Assembly (NCBI GenBank): GCA_934613415.1 | Contig: CAKTSY010000001.1 | Span: 540,001-572,000 of the forward strand | DNA: 32,000 nucleotides | Origin: an uncultured Opitutales bacterium | GTDB lineage: Bacteria > Verrucomicrobiota > Verrucomicrobiia > Opitutales > Intestinicryptomonadaceae | Reading direction: 5' to 3' | Position numbers and translations under genes: made by a program | Notes under the pieces: model-generated | The model's input: only the letters and a program-made list of their open reading frames with translations | What the model was told of the DNA's origin: nothing | The model's database searches: none | In this document: positions 1 through 9,280 of the stretch, piece by piece | Layout of the letters: every line of letters begins with the position of its first letter | Numbering within the stretch: position 1 is the stretch's first letter

Positions 1-580
1 GCACTACAATGTCTTGAATGTGCTTACGGCTTTGTCGGCGCTTTATTCACAAGATATTGACATCGTAAAAGCGGCCCAAACCCTTGCCGACTTTAGGGGG
101 GTTCCCGGCAGAATGGAGCGCGTAAAAAGCAATGCGCCATTCGACATTTTTATAGACTACGCCCACACCGACGACGCCCTTAAAAACGGGCTTTCAATGC
201 TTAAAAGCGTTACAAAGAAAAGGCTTTTGGTTGTGTTCGGCTGCGGTGGCAAACGCGACAGAACAAAGAGACCAAAAATGGTTGCAGCCGTTCAAAAATA
301 TGCGGACTTTGCGTGGGCAACCTCTGACAATCCGCGCGGCGAAGACATCTCGCAAATCTTTGCGGATATGAAAGCGGGAGTTGTAGACAATTCAACAATA
401 GAGTTTGTTGAAAACCGCCGCCGAGCCATAAATATGGCAATTTCGCAGGCAAAGGAAGGCGACTGCATTCTTATTGCGGGCAAGGGTCACGAAACATTTC
501 AGGAATTAAAAGACACCATTATTCCCTTCGACGACAAAAAGGTTGCCGAAGAGCTGCTCGCCTTAAGGGAGTTGATATAA
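1..580 (+). CDS. murE: MurE (UDP-MurNAc-L-Ala-D-Glu:meso-diaminopimelate ligase), C-terminal part; the 5' end lies upstream of the window
   Basis: The frame is open from nt 2 (HYNVLNVLTAL...), so the listed ORF start at 14 is only an internal codon. Mur-ligase C-terminal motifs are present: DYAHTDDAL, VVFGCGGKRDRTKRP, SDNPRGED (the DNPR motif typical of mDAP-adding MurE) and IAGKGHE. It sits first in a dcw gene order. Confidence 0.9.
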   Translation, partial: HYNVLNVLTALSALYSQDIDIVKAAQTLADFRGVPGRMERVKSNAPFDIFIDYAHTDDALKNGLSMLKSVTKKRLLVVFGCGGKRDRTKRPKMVAAVQKYADFAWATSDNPRGEDISQIFADMKAGVVDNSTIEFVENRRRAINMAISQAKEGDCILIAGKGHETFQELKDTIIPFDDKKVAEELLALRELI

Positions 581-601
581 CTTTAAATACAAGGGTAAAA
601 A

Positions 602-2200
602 ATGCCATTCTTTAAATCTAACGACTTGAAAATCTGGACCGGCGGCGAATGGAAACAGCTGCCCAAAGACATAACTATTAACAAGTTTTCCACAGACACT
701 CGCACGCTTGAAAAAGGCGATGCCTTTGTTTGCCTAGTTGGCGAACGCGACGGACACGAATTTGCAAAAACAGCGCAGGAATTGGGAGCTAGCGCAATAA
801 TAGCCTCTAAAGAGCTAGAGGGCATAGAAATTCCCGTATTGCAGGTTGCCGACACATTAAAGGCACTGCAAACCATAGCAAAAATGCACAGGCTTAGGCT
901 CGACTACCCCGTAGTTGGAATAACGGGCTCGTGCGGCAAAACTTTCACAAAGGAATTATTGGCAAAAACTCTTGCATGGCGCAGCCCCTGCTATTCCGAA
1001 AAAAATTTAAACAACCAGCTGGGCGTAGCCTTAAGCCTGCTTAAGGCCGACTGCAAAAACAACAACTTGGCAATTATTGAAGCCGGCGTTTCGCGCCCAG
1101 AAGAGATGGACGTTTTGGCCTCCATGATAGAGCCGGACATTGCCGTTATAACCAATGTTACGGCGTCGCATTTGGCGGGCTTTGGCGAAATAAAACAAAT
1201 TGCAAAAGAAAAGGCAAAGCTTGCCGAACACTGTGCCGAAGGCGGCTATTGCGTTATGCCCGCGGGCCTGCTTTCGTGGAAGTCTTTCGACGAACTAAAA
1301 TGCAAAAAGGCAATAGCCTTGCCTATGGACGCCCCCGAAACAAAAGCCGACTTGGTGTTCAGATACCAAATAGGCTATTTGCCCGACAAGTGCTCGATAG
1401 AAATTTACCTTGAAGGCGGCAACGAATATTCGTTTGAAACCCCCCTTATGAGCAGGGGCAACGCCGAAGACACGGTTTTGGCGATAATAGTTTCGCTTAT
1501 GCTCGGCTGCAAAGAAGAAATTATATATACGGGCATAGAAAACACAAAGAATGTGGGCTATAGAAACCTGTTTGTAAACACGCCCAATGCCGAATATTTT
1601 ATAGACTGCTACAACGCAAACCCCACTTCTATGAAAGACTCTTTGGAGTTTTTCGAATTAAAATCGAAAGACGCCACGCAAAGAACTTTTGTTTTGGGCT
1701 CTATGGCCGAATTGGGAATTTCCACACTGAGCTACCATAGGGAAATTGCAAACAACATAAAACGCCGCGAAAACGACAAGGCAATATTGGTTGGCGAAAG
1801 CGCAAACATCTACAAGGACGCCCTTATAGAAAACGGCTGGAACGAAGCCGACATAACACTTTGCGAATCGGCGCAAGACGTAAAGCCTTTGTTGGAAAAC
1901 GCGGTGGGGTTTGTGTTCCTAAAGGGCAGTCGCAAATACGCGCTTGAAAACGCCCTGCCCGACGAAGTTGTAAACACAATAAACGGAACCGAACCAAAAT
2001 CCGAGGAACCCGCAAACGAAGAAAAGCCCGAAGACGAAACGCCGCCTAGCCCCAGCGAAAACGACGACGAACCCCACGCGCAAACCCTTTTAGACAGCAT
2101 CGACGAAAACGACGACGAAAGCGAGGAACACCATTTTTGCGACGACGACGATTTCGACGACGAAAACATACAAATAGACAAAGATATTGAAAGATTCTAA
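602..2200 (+). CDS. murF: MurF (UDP-MurNAc-tripeptide:D-Ala-D-Ala ligase) with an unusual ~80-aa Asp/Glu-rich C-terminal extension
   Basis: ATG at 602. P-loop GITGSCGKT and DCYNANPTSM are present, and the Mur ligase C-domain ends around FLKGSRKYALENAL (nt ~1950). Position is between murE and mraY. The acidic tail spans nt 1961-2197. Confidence 0.9.
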   Translation: MPFFKSNDLKIWTGGEWKQLPKDITINKFSTDTRTLEKGDAFVCLVGERDGHEFAKTAQELGASAIIASKELEGIEIPVLQVADTLKALQTIAKMHRLRLDYPVVGITGSCGKTFTKELLAKTLAWRSPCYSEKNLNNQLGVALSLLKADCKNNNLAIIEAGVSRPEEMDVLASMIEPDIAVITNVTASHLAGFGEIKQIAKEKAKLAEHCAEGGYCVMPAGLLSWKSFDELKCKKAIALPMDAPETKADLVFRYQIGYLPDKCSIEIYLEGGNEYSFETPLMSRGNAEDTVLAIIVSLMLGCKEEIIYTGIENTKNVGYRNLFVNTPNAEYFIDCYNANPTSMKDSLEFFELKSKDATQRTFVLGSMAELGISTLSYHREIANNIKRRENDKAILVGESANIYKDALIENGWNEADITLCESAQDVKPLLENAVGFVFLKGSRKYALENALPDEVVNTINGTEPKSEEPANEEKPEDETPPSPSENDDEPHAQTLLDSIDENDDESEEHHFCDDDDFDDENIQIDKDIERF

Positions 2201-2212
2201 CTTAATTTTGCT

Positions 2213-3310
2213 ATGTTATACTATCTGGCTGACTACGAAAATTTTTTCGGCCCGCTAAGGCTATTTAGATATTTGTCGTTTAGATGCCTTATGGCGTTTT
2301 GCTTTGCCGCGTTTATAGGGTTTCTTATTGCGCCGTATGCCATAGACATTCTGCACAAAATAAAATTCGGGCAGGCTTTTAGAACAAAAGAACAGGTTGG
2401 CAAACTTGCCGAATTGCACGCCGCAAAAAAGGGAACGCCTACAATGGGCGGCATTATAATATTTTTTGCGCTTGTAATTTCGGCGGTGCTTTGGGCGCAG
2501 CTAAACACGCTTGTTTTGGTTTCGCTTTTTGTTTATGTGTCGTTCACAATTTTGGGCTTTGCCGACGATTTTCTTAAAATTAAAAGAAAAAGCAGCGAGG
2601 GCGTTCACGGCAAAGTTAAGCTTTTAGTGCAGCTAATTGTGTCGCTTGCATGCGTTTTTGTTTTGGTAAACAGCCAATACGAAGGCGTTGTAAGAGATTT
2701 GTACGCGCCCTTTATAAAAGGCCCCATTATAAGCAATATGCCGATTTGGGCATTGTGTGCATTTTTCTTTTTGGTAATTTCTGGGGCAAGCAATGCAATT
2801 AACCTAACCGACGGCGTAGACGGCCTGGCTATAGGCTGCACAATTTCGTCTACACTTGCCTACGGCGTGTTTGCGTATGTTGCGGGCAACGCAATTGCCG
2901 CAAACTATTTGTTTTTACCCGCTATAAACGGCTGCGGCGAACTGTGCGTAGTTTGCGCCGCCCTAGTTGGGGCAAGCATGGCGTTTTTGTGGCACAATGC
3001 GTATCCTGCCGCCGTATTTATGGGCGACACTGGCTCGCTTGCACTAGGCGGCTTAATAGGCACAATGGCAATTTTAACGGCGCAGCCTTTAACCCTTGTA
3101 ATTGTCGGCGGCGTTTTTGTTATGGAAACCGTATCGGTTATGATGCAGGTTTCTTCCTACAAACTTTGCGGAAAAAGAATTTTTAGATGCACTCCCATAC
3201 ACCACCATTTTGAATACGGCGGTTGGAAGGAAACGCAGGTTGTAATAAGGTTTTGGATAATTTCGCTTGCGTTTGCCCTTATGGGAATTGCAACACTTAA
3301 ATTTAGATGA
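2213..3310 (+). CDS. mraY: Phospho-N-acetylmuramoyl-pentapeptide transferase MraY
   Basis: A 365-aa polytopic membrane protein with NAINLTDGVDGLA, FMGDTGSLALGG and a HHHFE motif, in the canonical dcw position. Confidence 0.95.
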   Translation: MLYYLADYENFFGPLRLFRYLSFRCLMAFCFAAFIGFLIAPYAIDILHKIKFGQAFRTKEQVGKLAELHAAKKGTPTMGGIIIFFALVISAVLWAQLNTLVLVSLFVYVSFTILGFADDFLKIKRKSSEGVHGKVKLLVQLIVSLACVFVLVNSQYEGVVRDLYAPFIKGPIISNMPIWALCAFFFLVISGASNAINLTDGVDGLAIGCTISSTLAYGVFAYVAGNAIAANYLFLPAINGCGELCVVCAALVGASMAFLWHNAYPAAVFMGDTGSLALGGLIGTMAILTAQPLTLVIVGGVFVMETVSVMMQVSSYKLCGKRIFRCTPIHHHFEYGGWKETQVVIRFWIISLAFALMGIATLKFR

Positions 3311-4581
3311 GCGACAAAATTAAAGAGCTTTGCAATAACAAGCCCGCCGCAATATTCGGCAAGGGCGTTAGTGCGTTGTGCGCCAAAGGCCTGTTCGACA
3401 GCCTTGGCATAGAATCGGTTTTATATTCCGAAAACGCCGCCGACAACTGCCCCGTTTTCGACGAAAACGCGGCAAAAAAACACAGCCTGGTTGTATATTC
3501 GCCTGCGTTTCGCCCCGATCACAAGTGGCTAAAGCTTGCCAAACAAAACAACGCCGAGCTTATTTGCGAGCCAGACTTGGCTTCGCTTGCCTGGCAGGGC
3601 AACATAATTGCAATTTCGGGCACAAACGGCAAAACCACAACAACCGCATTTTTGGCAAAGGCATTAAACGAAGCCGGCATTAACGCAGTTGCCGCCGGCA
3701 ACATAGGCATTCCGCTTTCAAAATTTTGCGTCGAAAAAAACGGCGGCAAAAATTGCACTGCGGTTTGCGAGCTAAGCTCTTTTCAGCTTATGGGCGTAAA
3801 ATATATGTCGCCTATAGCCTATGTTTGGACAAATTTCGATCAAGACCATTTGGATTGGCACACCGATATGCGCGAATATTTCGACGCAAAATTTGCGCTG
3901 GTTAAAATGCTAAAAAAACCCGTGTTTATTGTGGGGCAAAGCGTTGCCGACTATGCCGAAAAATACGGAGTTGCCCTGCCCGATTTTACCGAAGTTGTGC
4001 AAAGGCAAAACAACTGCCCAAAGCCTTTCGACAACAACATACAATGCGAAAATTATTGTCTGGCAAAAGCTCTGTTTAAAAAGCTGCAACTTAGCGAAGA
4101 AATTTTGCAAAAGGCAGCGCAAACATTTTCGCTTGCAAAATATAGGTTTGCAACAAGCGGCACAATAAACGGCATAACCTTTATAAACGACTCGAAAGGC
4201 ACAAACGCGCACTCTACAATAGCCGCCATAAACGCCCTTAAGGGAAAGCCCGTTATTTGGATAGGCGGCGGCAAAAATAAAAAGTGCGACTTAACCGATT
4301 TGGCAAACGCCGTTGCCGAAAACTGCAAATGCGCATTTTTAATTGGGCAAAGCGCAAGCTTGCTAGAGCCATTGCTTAACGAAAGACACTGCAATACAAA
4401 AACTTGCGCCACGCTAAAAGAAGCCGTATGCGGGGCGTACACCGCGGCAAAAAGCGGATACTATGTGCTCTTTAGCCCAGCCTTTTCAAGCTTCGGAATG
4501 TTCGACGGCTACGCACACCGCGGAAAATGTTTCGACGAAGAGCTTTTAAGTTTGAAAATCGCGCAAAAAGGGCAAGTATAA
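3307..4581 (+). CDS. murD: MurD (UDP-MurNAc-L-Ala:D-Glu ligase)
   Basis: ATGA start/stop overlap with mraY. P-loop ISGTNGKTTT, NDSKGTN and a FSPAFSSFGMF C-terminal motif are present. Confidence 0.9.
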   Translation: MSDKIKELCNNKPAAIFGKGVSALCAKGLFDSLGIESVLYSENAADNCPVFDENAAKKHSLVVYSPAFRPDHKWLKLAKQNNAELICEPDLASLAWQGNIIAISGTNGKTTTTAFLAKALNEAGINAVAAGNIGIPLSKFCVEKNGGKNCTAVCELSSFQLMGVKYMSPIAYVWTNFDQDHLDWHTDMREYFDAKFALVKMLKKPVFIVGQSVADYAEKYGVALPDFTEVVQRQNNCPKPFDNNIQCENYCLAKALFKKLQLSEEILQKAAQTFSLAKYRFATSGTINGITFINDSKGTNAHSTIAAINALKGKPVIWIGGGKNKKCDLTDLANAVAENCKCAFLIGQSASLLEPLLNERHCNTKTCATLKEAVCGAYTAAKSGYYVLFSPAFSSFGMFDGYAHRGKCFDEELLSLKIAQKGQV

Positions 4582-4608
4582 TTTCAATACATAAAGGATA
4601 ACCACACT

Positions 4609-5802
4609 ATGAAAAACTCACTTACAATAACGGCCATTGCCGCCTTGCATATTGCGGTAGGTTTGCTTATATTCGCGCAGTCGGGCTGCAACTCGGCTAG
4701 CGACCAAAAAACGGAAAAAGACGTTAACGCCGAAATAGTTCCCGCCAACGAAGAAAAGGTTGAAACTGCCGCCCCCGTTCAGGAAGAAGCTCCCGAAGGC
4801 AGCTCGGCATTAAGGGCAAACCCAACAAGGCCCGTTTGGTCGATGGACAACGGCAAAAACAAGCCCGTTATAGTCGAAAACCAGCCCTCTACAGTTTCGC
4901 CTAAATCTCAGGCAAACGAAGGGCTTATTGCACCCTCTACCTTAACGGCTAAAAGCGAAAAACAGCTGCCCGAAAATACAAAGATGTATACCGTAGCCAA
5001 GGGCGACTCGCTCGGCAAAATCGCAAGACGCCACAACACAACCGTTTCGAAACTTAAAAGCCTAAACAGCCTAAGCAGCCTTACAATAAAAGTAGGTCAA
5101 GAATTGATTGTGCCTGCAAACCCCTCCGACGAAGTTGTAAACCAAACCGCTCCCAAAGCGCAAACAATGGCTTCGGTTGAAAGCGTAGGCACCGACACAA
5201 TAAAATATAAAGTTCAAAAAGGCGATTCGCTCGGCAAGATTGCAAAACGCCACAACACAACCGTTTCGCAAATTAAGGCTTTAAACAACTTAAAGAACGA
5301 CACTATCCGCATCGGGCAAACCCTTACGCTTGAAAAATCGGGCAAAGCGGTTTCCGAAACAAAAGCTTCGGCAAAAACCGAAGCGCAAAAAAGCGAAGTT
5401 GCAGGCAATTTCGAGGTATACAAAGTTCAAAAAGGAGACACATTGGGCGCAATAGCCAGAAAAAACAAAGTTAGCCTTTCGCAGATAGAAAAGCTTAACC
5501 CCTCTATAAACCCCAAAAGGCTTAAGATTGGCCAGCTTGTAAAAATAAAGGCTGCAGCCGAAGTTAAGGAACAGCCCAAACCTCAGGCAACCCCCGAACA
5601 GCCCAAGGTTGAAGAACCCAAGCAACAGGTTCAACCCACAGTATCTGCGGCTCCTGCAGCTCCCGCAGCTGCGGCAGAAAACAAGGTTGAACAACAACCC
5701 AAGCCGGTTCAAACACAACCTGCACAGCCCGTGCAAGTTCAGCAAACTACAACTCCCGCCCCCGAACCAAAGGCAGGCGAAGAGGAAGTTATAGAAATAT
5801 AA
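4609..5802 (+). CDS. Exported or membrane-anchored protein with three LysM peptidoglycan-binding modules and a Pro/Gln/Ala-rich C-terminal tail
   Basis: ATG at 4609 with AAGGA upstream. The N-terminal hydrophobic segment ends in ..LLIFAQSGC, a possible lipobox. There are three [Y][TK]V.KGD[ST]LG.IA[RK]...V...[LI]..LN......[IL]..GQ.L modules. The last ~84 aa are low-complexity P/Q/A/V/E. Confidence 0.85.
   Translation: MKNSLTITAIAALHIAVGLLIFAQSGCNSASDQKTEKDVNAEIVPANEEKVETAAPVQEEAPEGSSALRANPTRPVWSMDNGKNKPVIVENQPSTVSPKSQANEGLIAPSTLTAKSEKQLPENTKMYTVAKGDSLGKIARRHNTTVSKLKSLNSLSSLTIKVGQELIVPANPSDEVVNQTAPKAQTMASVESVGTDTIKYKVQKGDSLGKIAKRHNTTVSQIKALNNLKNDTIRIGQTLTLEKSGKAVSETKASAKTEAQKSEVAGNFEVYKVQKGDTLGAIARKNKVSLSQIEKLNPSINPKRLKIGQLVKIKAAAEVKEQPKPQATPEQPKVEEPKQQVQPTVSAAPAAPAAAAENKVEQQPKPVQTQPAQPVQVQQTTTPAPEPKAGEEEVIEI
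4987..5547 (+). repeat. Three tandem LysM-coding modules (4987-5115, 5206-5331, 5419-5547)
   Basis: Modules 1 and 2 share an identical 21-nt stretch, cgccacaacacaaccgtttcg, at 5029-5049 and 5248-5268. Flanking DNA is near-identical (ggcga[ct]tcgctcggcaa[ag]at[ct]gcaa). Module 3 is more diverged. Confidence 0.85.
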
Positions 5803-5833
5803 TTAAAAAAAGAGAAAGCCGAATACATTTGAA

Positions 5834-6970
5834 ATGAAAAGCGAAAAACAAAAGACCGAGGGTAAGTCTCCAATTCCGTCGTGGCTGTTGTTTTTGCTTT
5901 TTGTAATCTTCCTTACCACTCTGGGCTTGGTTATCCTTATAAGCGCAGGGTCGGCAAAGGAAGATTCGCTTGTATTCTTTAAAAAACAGGCAACGTGGCT
6001 TGTAATTGCAACAATTATAGGAACGGCGGCGGCTTTTATAAATCTGAATCTACTAAAGAAATACGCCCTGCACTTCGGCGTATTTTCGGTTTTAACGCTT
6101 ATTGCGGTTGCAATTCCGCACATAGGCAAAGTTGTTAACGGCGCGCGCCGTTGGATAGAAATTGGCCCCATTACATTTCAGCCTAGCGACATAGGCAAAA
6201 TTGCGTTGGTTGTGCTGCTTGCCTGGTATTTGCAAAACAACCAAAGGTATATGAAAACCTTTTTAAAGGGCTTTGTATACCCGATGACAATTGCGGGCTT
6301 TTTCTTTTTGCTTATAATAATCGAGCCCGATTTCGGCACGGCAACACTTTGCGCAATCGTCTCGCTTAGCATGATATTTTTAGCGGGCACAAAATTTTTG
6401 TATATAATTGCAATTTTCATTTTTGGGGTTGCCGGCATTTTAACTTTGGTTTATTTCGACCCCGTGCGCTGGGCACGCCTTACAAGCTATTTGGATTTGG
6501 AAAACAACAAGCTAGACGGCGCATACCAGCTTTATCAGGCAATATTGGGCTTTGGCGCGGGCGGTGTAGACGGCGCAGGCCTAGGCCAGGGCCGCCAGCA
6601 GCAGTTCTTTTTACCCGAGGCGCACACCGACTTTATCTTTGCCATAGTAGGCGAAGAACTTGGGCTTGTGTTTACCCTTTTGGTTGTAGCCGCCTTTTTT
6701 GCAATGTTTTTAATTGTAGTTTCAAGGCTAAAAAAAGCCCCGAATATTTTCGAGCTATACATTGCGGCGGGCTCTATGCTAATGATAACGCTGCAGTCGA
6801 TTTTCAATATGGGTGTTGTTACGGGAATGTTCCCGACCAAGGGAATTTCGCTTCCGTTTTTAAGCTATGGGGGATCTAACCTTGTGGCTATGTTCGTTTT
6901 TGCGGGGCTGCTTGTAAACTGCCTGCGCTCGTGGAACAAACCCATTAAAATAAAGGCTACACTGCTATGA
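5834..6970 (+). CDS. ftsW: SEDS-family peptidoglycan glycosyltransferase FtsW
   Basis: A 378-aa polytopic protein with FQPSDIGKIALV, PEAHTDFIFA and GISLPFLSYGGSN motifs. The dcw position before murG supports FtsW rather than RodA. Confidence 0.9.
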   Translation: MKSEKQKTEGKSPIPSWLLFLLFVIFLTTLGLVILISAGSAKEDSLVFFKKQATWLVIATIIGTAAAFINLNLLKKYALHFGVFSVLTLIAVAIPHIGKVVNGARRWIEIGPITFQPSDIGKIALVVLLAWYLQNNQRYMKTFLKGFVYPMTIAGFFFLLIIIEPDFGTATLCAIVSLSMIFLAGTKFLYIIAIFIFGVAGILTLVYFDPVRWARLTSYLDLENNKLDGAYQLYQAILGFGAGGVDGAGLGQGRQQQFFLPEAHTDFIFAIVGEELGLVFTLLVVAAFFAMFLIVVSRLKKAPNIFELYIAAGSMLMITLQSIFNMGVVTGMFPTKGISLPFLSYGGSNLVAMFVFAGLLVNCLRSWNKPIKIKATLL

Positions 6971-8055
6971 GTAATTTTGTAATATCCTGCGGCGGCACGG
7001 GCGGGCATTTGGCCCCCGGAATAGCAATAGGCAAGGCGTTGATAAACAGGGGGCACAAAGTAGTTTTTGCCATAAGCAAAAAACAGGTAGATTCCGCCCT
7101 TGTAGAAAAATACCCCGAATGCGACTTTGTAAAAATTTCGGGCGCGCCCTTTTCGCTTAATCCGAAAAAGGCGTTAACATTTGCATATATGCAAACTTCG
7201 GGGCTTTTGGCTTCGCTTAAACTTTTAAAAAATTTTAATTGCAACACGGCAATAGCCTTTGGCGGCTTTAATTCGTTGGGCGTTGCGCTTGCGGCAAAAA
7301 TACTTAAACGCCGCCTTGTTTTGCACGAAGCCAATATGAAAATCGGCAAGGCCGTACGCTTTTTAAGCGTGTTTGCCGACCGCATTTACATTCCCCACGG
7401 AACTAGTATGGAGCGTTTTAAGCCCGACGTTGTAAAATATGCCGGCTACCCCGTTCGCCCCGAAATTAAGCGCATACCCAAAACCGAGGCTAAAGAATTT
7501 TTCGGCTTTGGCGAAAGCGACAGGGTTTTGCTTGTGTTTGGCGGCAGCCAAGGCGCCTTTGCCCTTAACGACTGGCTTGCAAAAAACGAAAGGCTTTTCG
7601 CCGAAAACGGAATTTCGGTGCTGTGCATTTGCGGCGCAAAATTCGGGGTTGAAAACGAAAAGCTTTTGCCCGCAAAAAACGGCAAAACGGTTAAAATAAA
7701 AAGAATTATGTTTTGCGACAATATGGCGTATGCGCTTTCGTGCTGCGACCTTGTTGTTGCGCGCGCGGGCGCGGGCTCTATTGCCGAATTTGCAAAATGC
7801 GGCTGCGTGCCCGTGTTAGTGCCCTTGCCCACTTCGGCCGACAACCACCAGTTTGAAAACGCAAAGCTTGTAGAGCGTTGCGGCGGCGGCCTGCTTATTC
7901 AGCAAAGCGACATCGACAAACTTTTCGACAATGTCAAAGACCTGTTTTTTAACGATGCATTAAAAGAGCGTATGGCAAAAAATCTTGCAAGGATAGACGC
8001 CATGAACGACGTTTCCGAAATGATTGCAGACATAGAAAAGTTGGCGGAGGCTTAA
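6967..8055 (+). CDS. murG: MurG (lipid I N-acetylglucosaminyltransferase)
   Basis: ATGA overlap with ftsW. Motifs CGGTGGHLAPGIA, FGGSQGA, ARAGAGSIAE and NHQFENA are present. Confidence 0.92.
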   Translation: MSNFVISCGGTGGHLAPGIAIGKALINRGHKVVFAISKKQVDSALVEKYPECDFVKISGAPFSLNPKKALTFAYMQTSGLLASLKLLKNFNCNTAIAFGGFNSLGVALAAKILKRRLVLHEANMKIGKAVRFLSVFADRIYIPHGTSMERFKPDVVKYAGYPVRPEIKRIPKTEAKEFFGFGESDRVLLVFGGSQGAFALNDWLAKNERLFAENGISVLCICGAKFGVENEKLLPAKNGKTVKIKRIMFCDNMAYALSCCDLVVARAGAGSIAEFAKCGCVPVLVPLPTSADNHQFENAKLVERCGGGLLIQQSDIDKLFDNVKDLFFNDALKERMAKNLARIDAMNDVSEMIADIEKLAEA

Positions 8056-8062
8056 AAAGCAA

Positions 8063-9280
8063 ATGGGCGTAGTCTATATGGGAGGCATTTGCGGAATGGG
8101 AATGGCGCCTTTGGCCATTCTCCTTAAGGCCGCAGGCAACACGGTTTTAGGCTTCGACGACAACGCCGACATTCGCGTAAAAAACCTGCTGCAGCAATTC
8201 GGCATAGAATGCCAAAGCTCTTTTAACGAAGCTGTAAAACCCGACTTGTTTGTAATTAGCACAGCCCTTTGTAGCCGCAACTTAAAAAGCACGGCAAAAA
8301 TACAAAGACGCGGCGTTTGTTTTGCGGACTTTTGCAAAAACAGAAAGCTTGTTGCAATAACGGGCAGCCACGGCAAAAGCACGGTAAGCAATCTTTGCGC
8401 GCACGCAATAAACAAACTTTCGCTTAACGCAGGCTATATGGTAGGAGCCTTGTCAGAGCACTACGCCCCGGCAAAATTCTGCAAAGACGGCGAATATATG
8501 TTTTCGGAAATAGACGAAAGCGACGCTACCATAGAAAACTTTTCGCCCGAAATTTGCGTTGCCTTAAACTACGATTTAGACCACACCGACACCTACAAAA
8601 ACGCCGACGCCCTAAAGGATATGTTTTGCAGGCTTTTTGAAAGGACAAAGCAAAAAATAATAGTGCCCAGCTGCGACAAAACATTGTGCGAACTGGCAAA
8701 AGCTTCGGGCAAAAATTTCGAGATTGTGCAAATTGAACCGAATGCCGATTTTTCCTTAATAAACGCGCTTATGGCGCAATGCGCATTAAAAAGCGTTTTT
8801 GGAGACACCTTAGATTGCACCGTTTTAAATTCTTTTGAAGGAACATACCGAAGGCAGGAGGTTTTGTGCAATACCCCCGCCCTTTTTGCGATGGCAGACT
8901 ACGCGCATCACCCAAGCGAAGTAAAAGCCTTTTTAAATTGGTTTGGCAAAAAATACGGCAACGGCAATTATATATTTTTCCAGCCCCACAGATATTCAAG
9001 AACAAAGTGCTTTGCAAAAACTTTTGCGCAAATTTTAGAGGATTTTGCAAAACAAGGCAACAGCGTCTACGTTTTGCCTGTATATGCGGCAAGCGAAAAA
9101 TTCGACGAGCTTGGAACTTCCGACAAAATAACGCAAAATTCGCAACTGTTAAAATTGGCAAGTTTTTCGGAAATGCAAAAAATTGTAGAGCAGCTAAAAA
9201 CCGGCGGCAAAAAATCCGCCGCATTTGTCGGGGCCGGCGACATTTATTTTAAGGCAAAGGAGTTTATATTACAGAAATGA
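8063..9280 (+). CDS. murC: MurC (UDP-MurNAc:L-Ala ligase), short form (405 aa)
   Basis: GGAGG lies 12 nt upstream of the ATG. The N-terminal Rossmann motif is GGICGMGMAPLA. P-loop TGSHGKST, DYAHHPSEV and FQPHRYSRT are present. An alternative start at Met6 (8078) is possible. Confidence 0.88.
   Translation: MGVVYMGGICGMGMAPLAILLKAAGNTVLGFDDNADIRVKNLLQQFGIECQSSFNEAVKPDLFVISTALCSRNLKSTAKIQRRGVCFADFCKNRKLVAITGSHGKSTVSNLCAHAINKLSLNAGYMVGALSEHYAPAKFCKDGEYMFSEIDESDATIENFSPEICVALNYDLDHTDTYKNADALKDMFCRLFERTKQKIIVPSCDKTLCELAKASGKNFEIVQIEPNADFSLINALMAQCALKSVFGDTLDCTVLNSFEGTYRRQEVLCNTPALFAMADYAHHPSEVKAFLNWFGKKYGNGNYIFFQPHRYSRTKCFAKTFAQILEDFAKQGNSVYVLPVYAASEKFDELGTSDKITQNSQLLKLASFSEMQKIVEQLKTGGKKSAAFVGAGDIYFKAKEFILQK

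Noticed and set aside
1810-2181. A Ser-rich 123-aa minus-strand ORF opposite the MurF tail.
   Set aside because: It is the mirror image of the GA-rich Asp/Glu-coding repeats (GAC/GAA read in reverse as Ser/Phe codons). It is not an independent gene.
3856-3872. A TGGCAC hexamer followed by ..TATGC inside murD, resembling a sigma-54 promoter.
   Set aside because: The spacing is GG-N11-GC rather than N10. It is deep inside a coding region with no downstream start codon, so it is a chance match.
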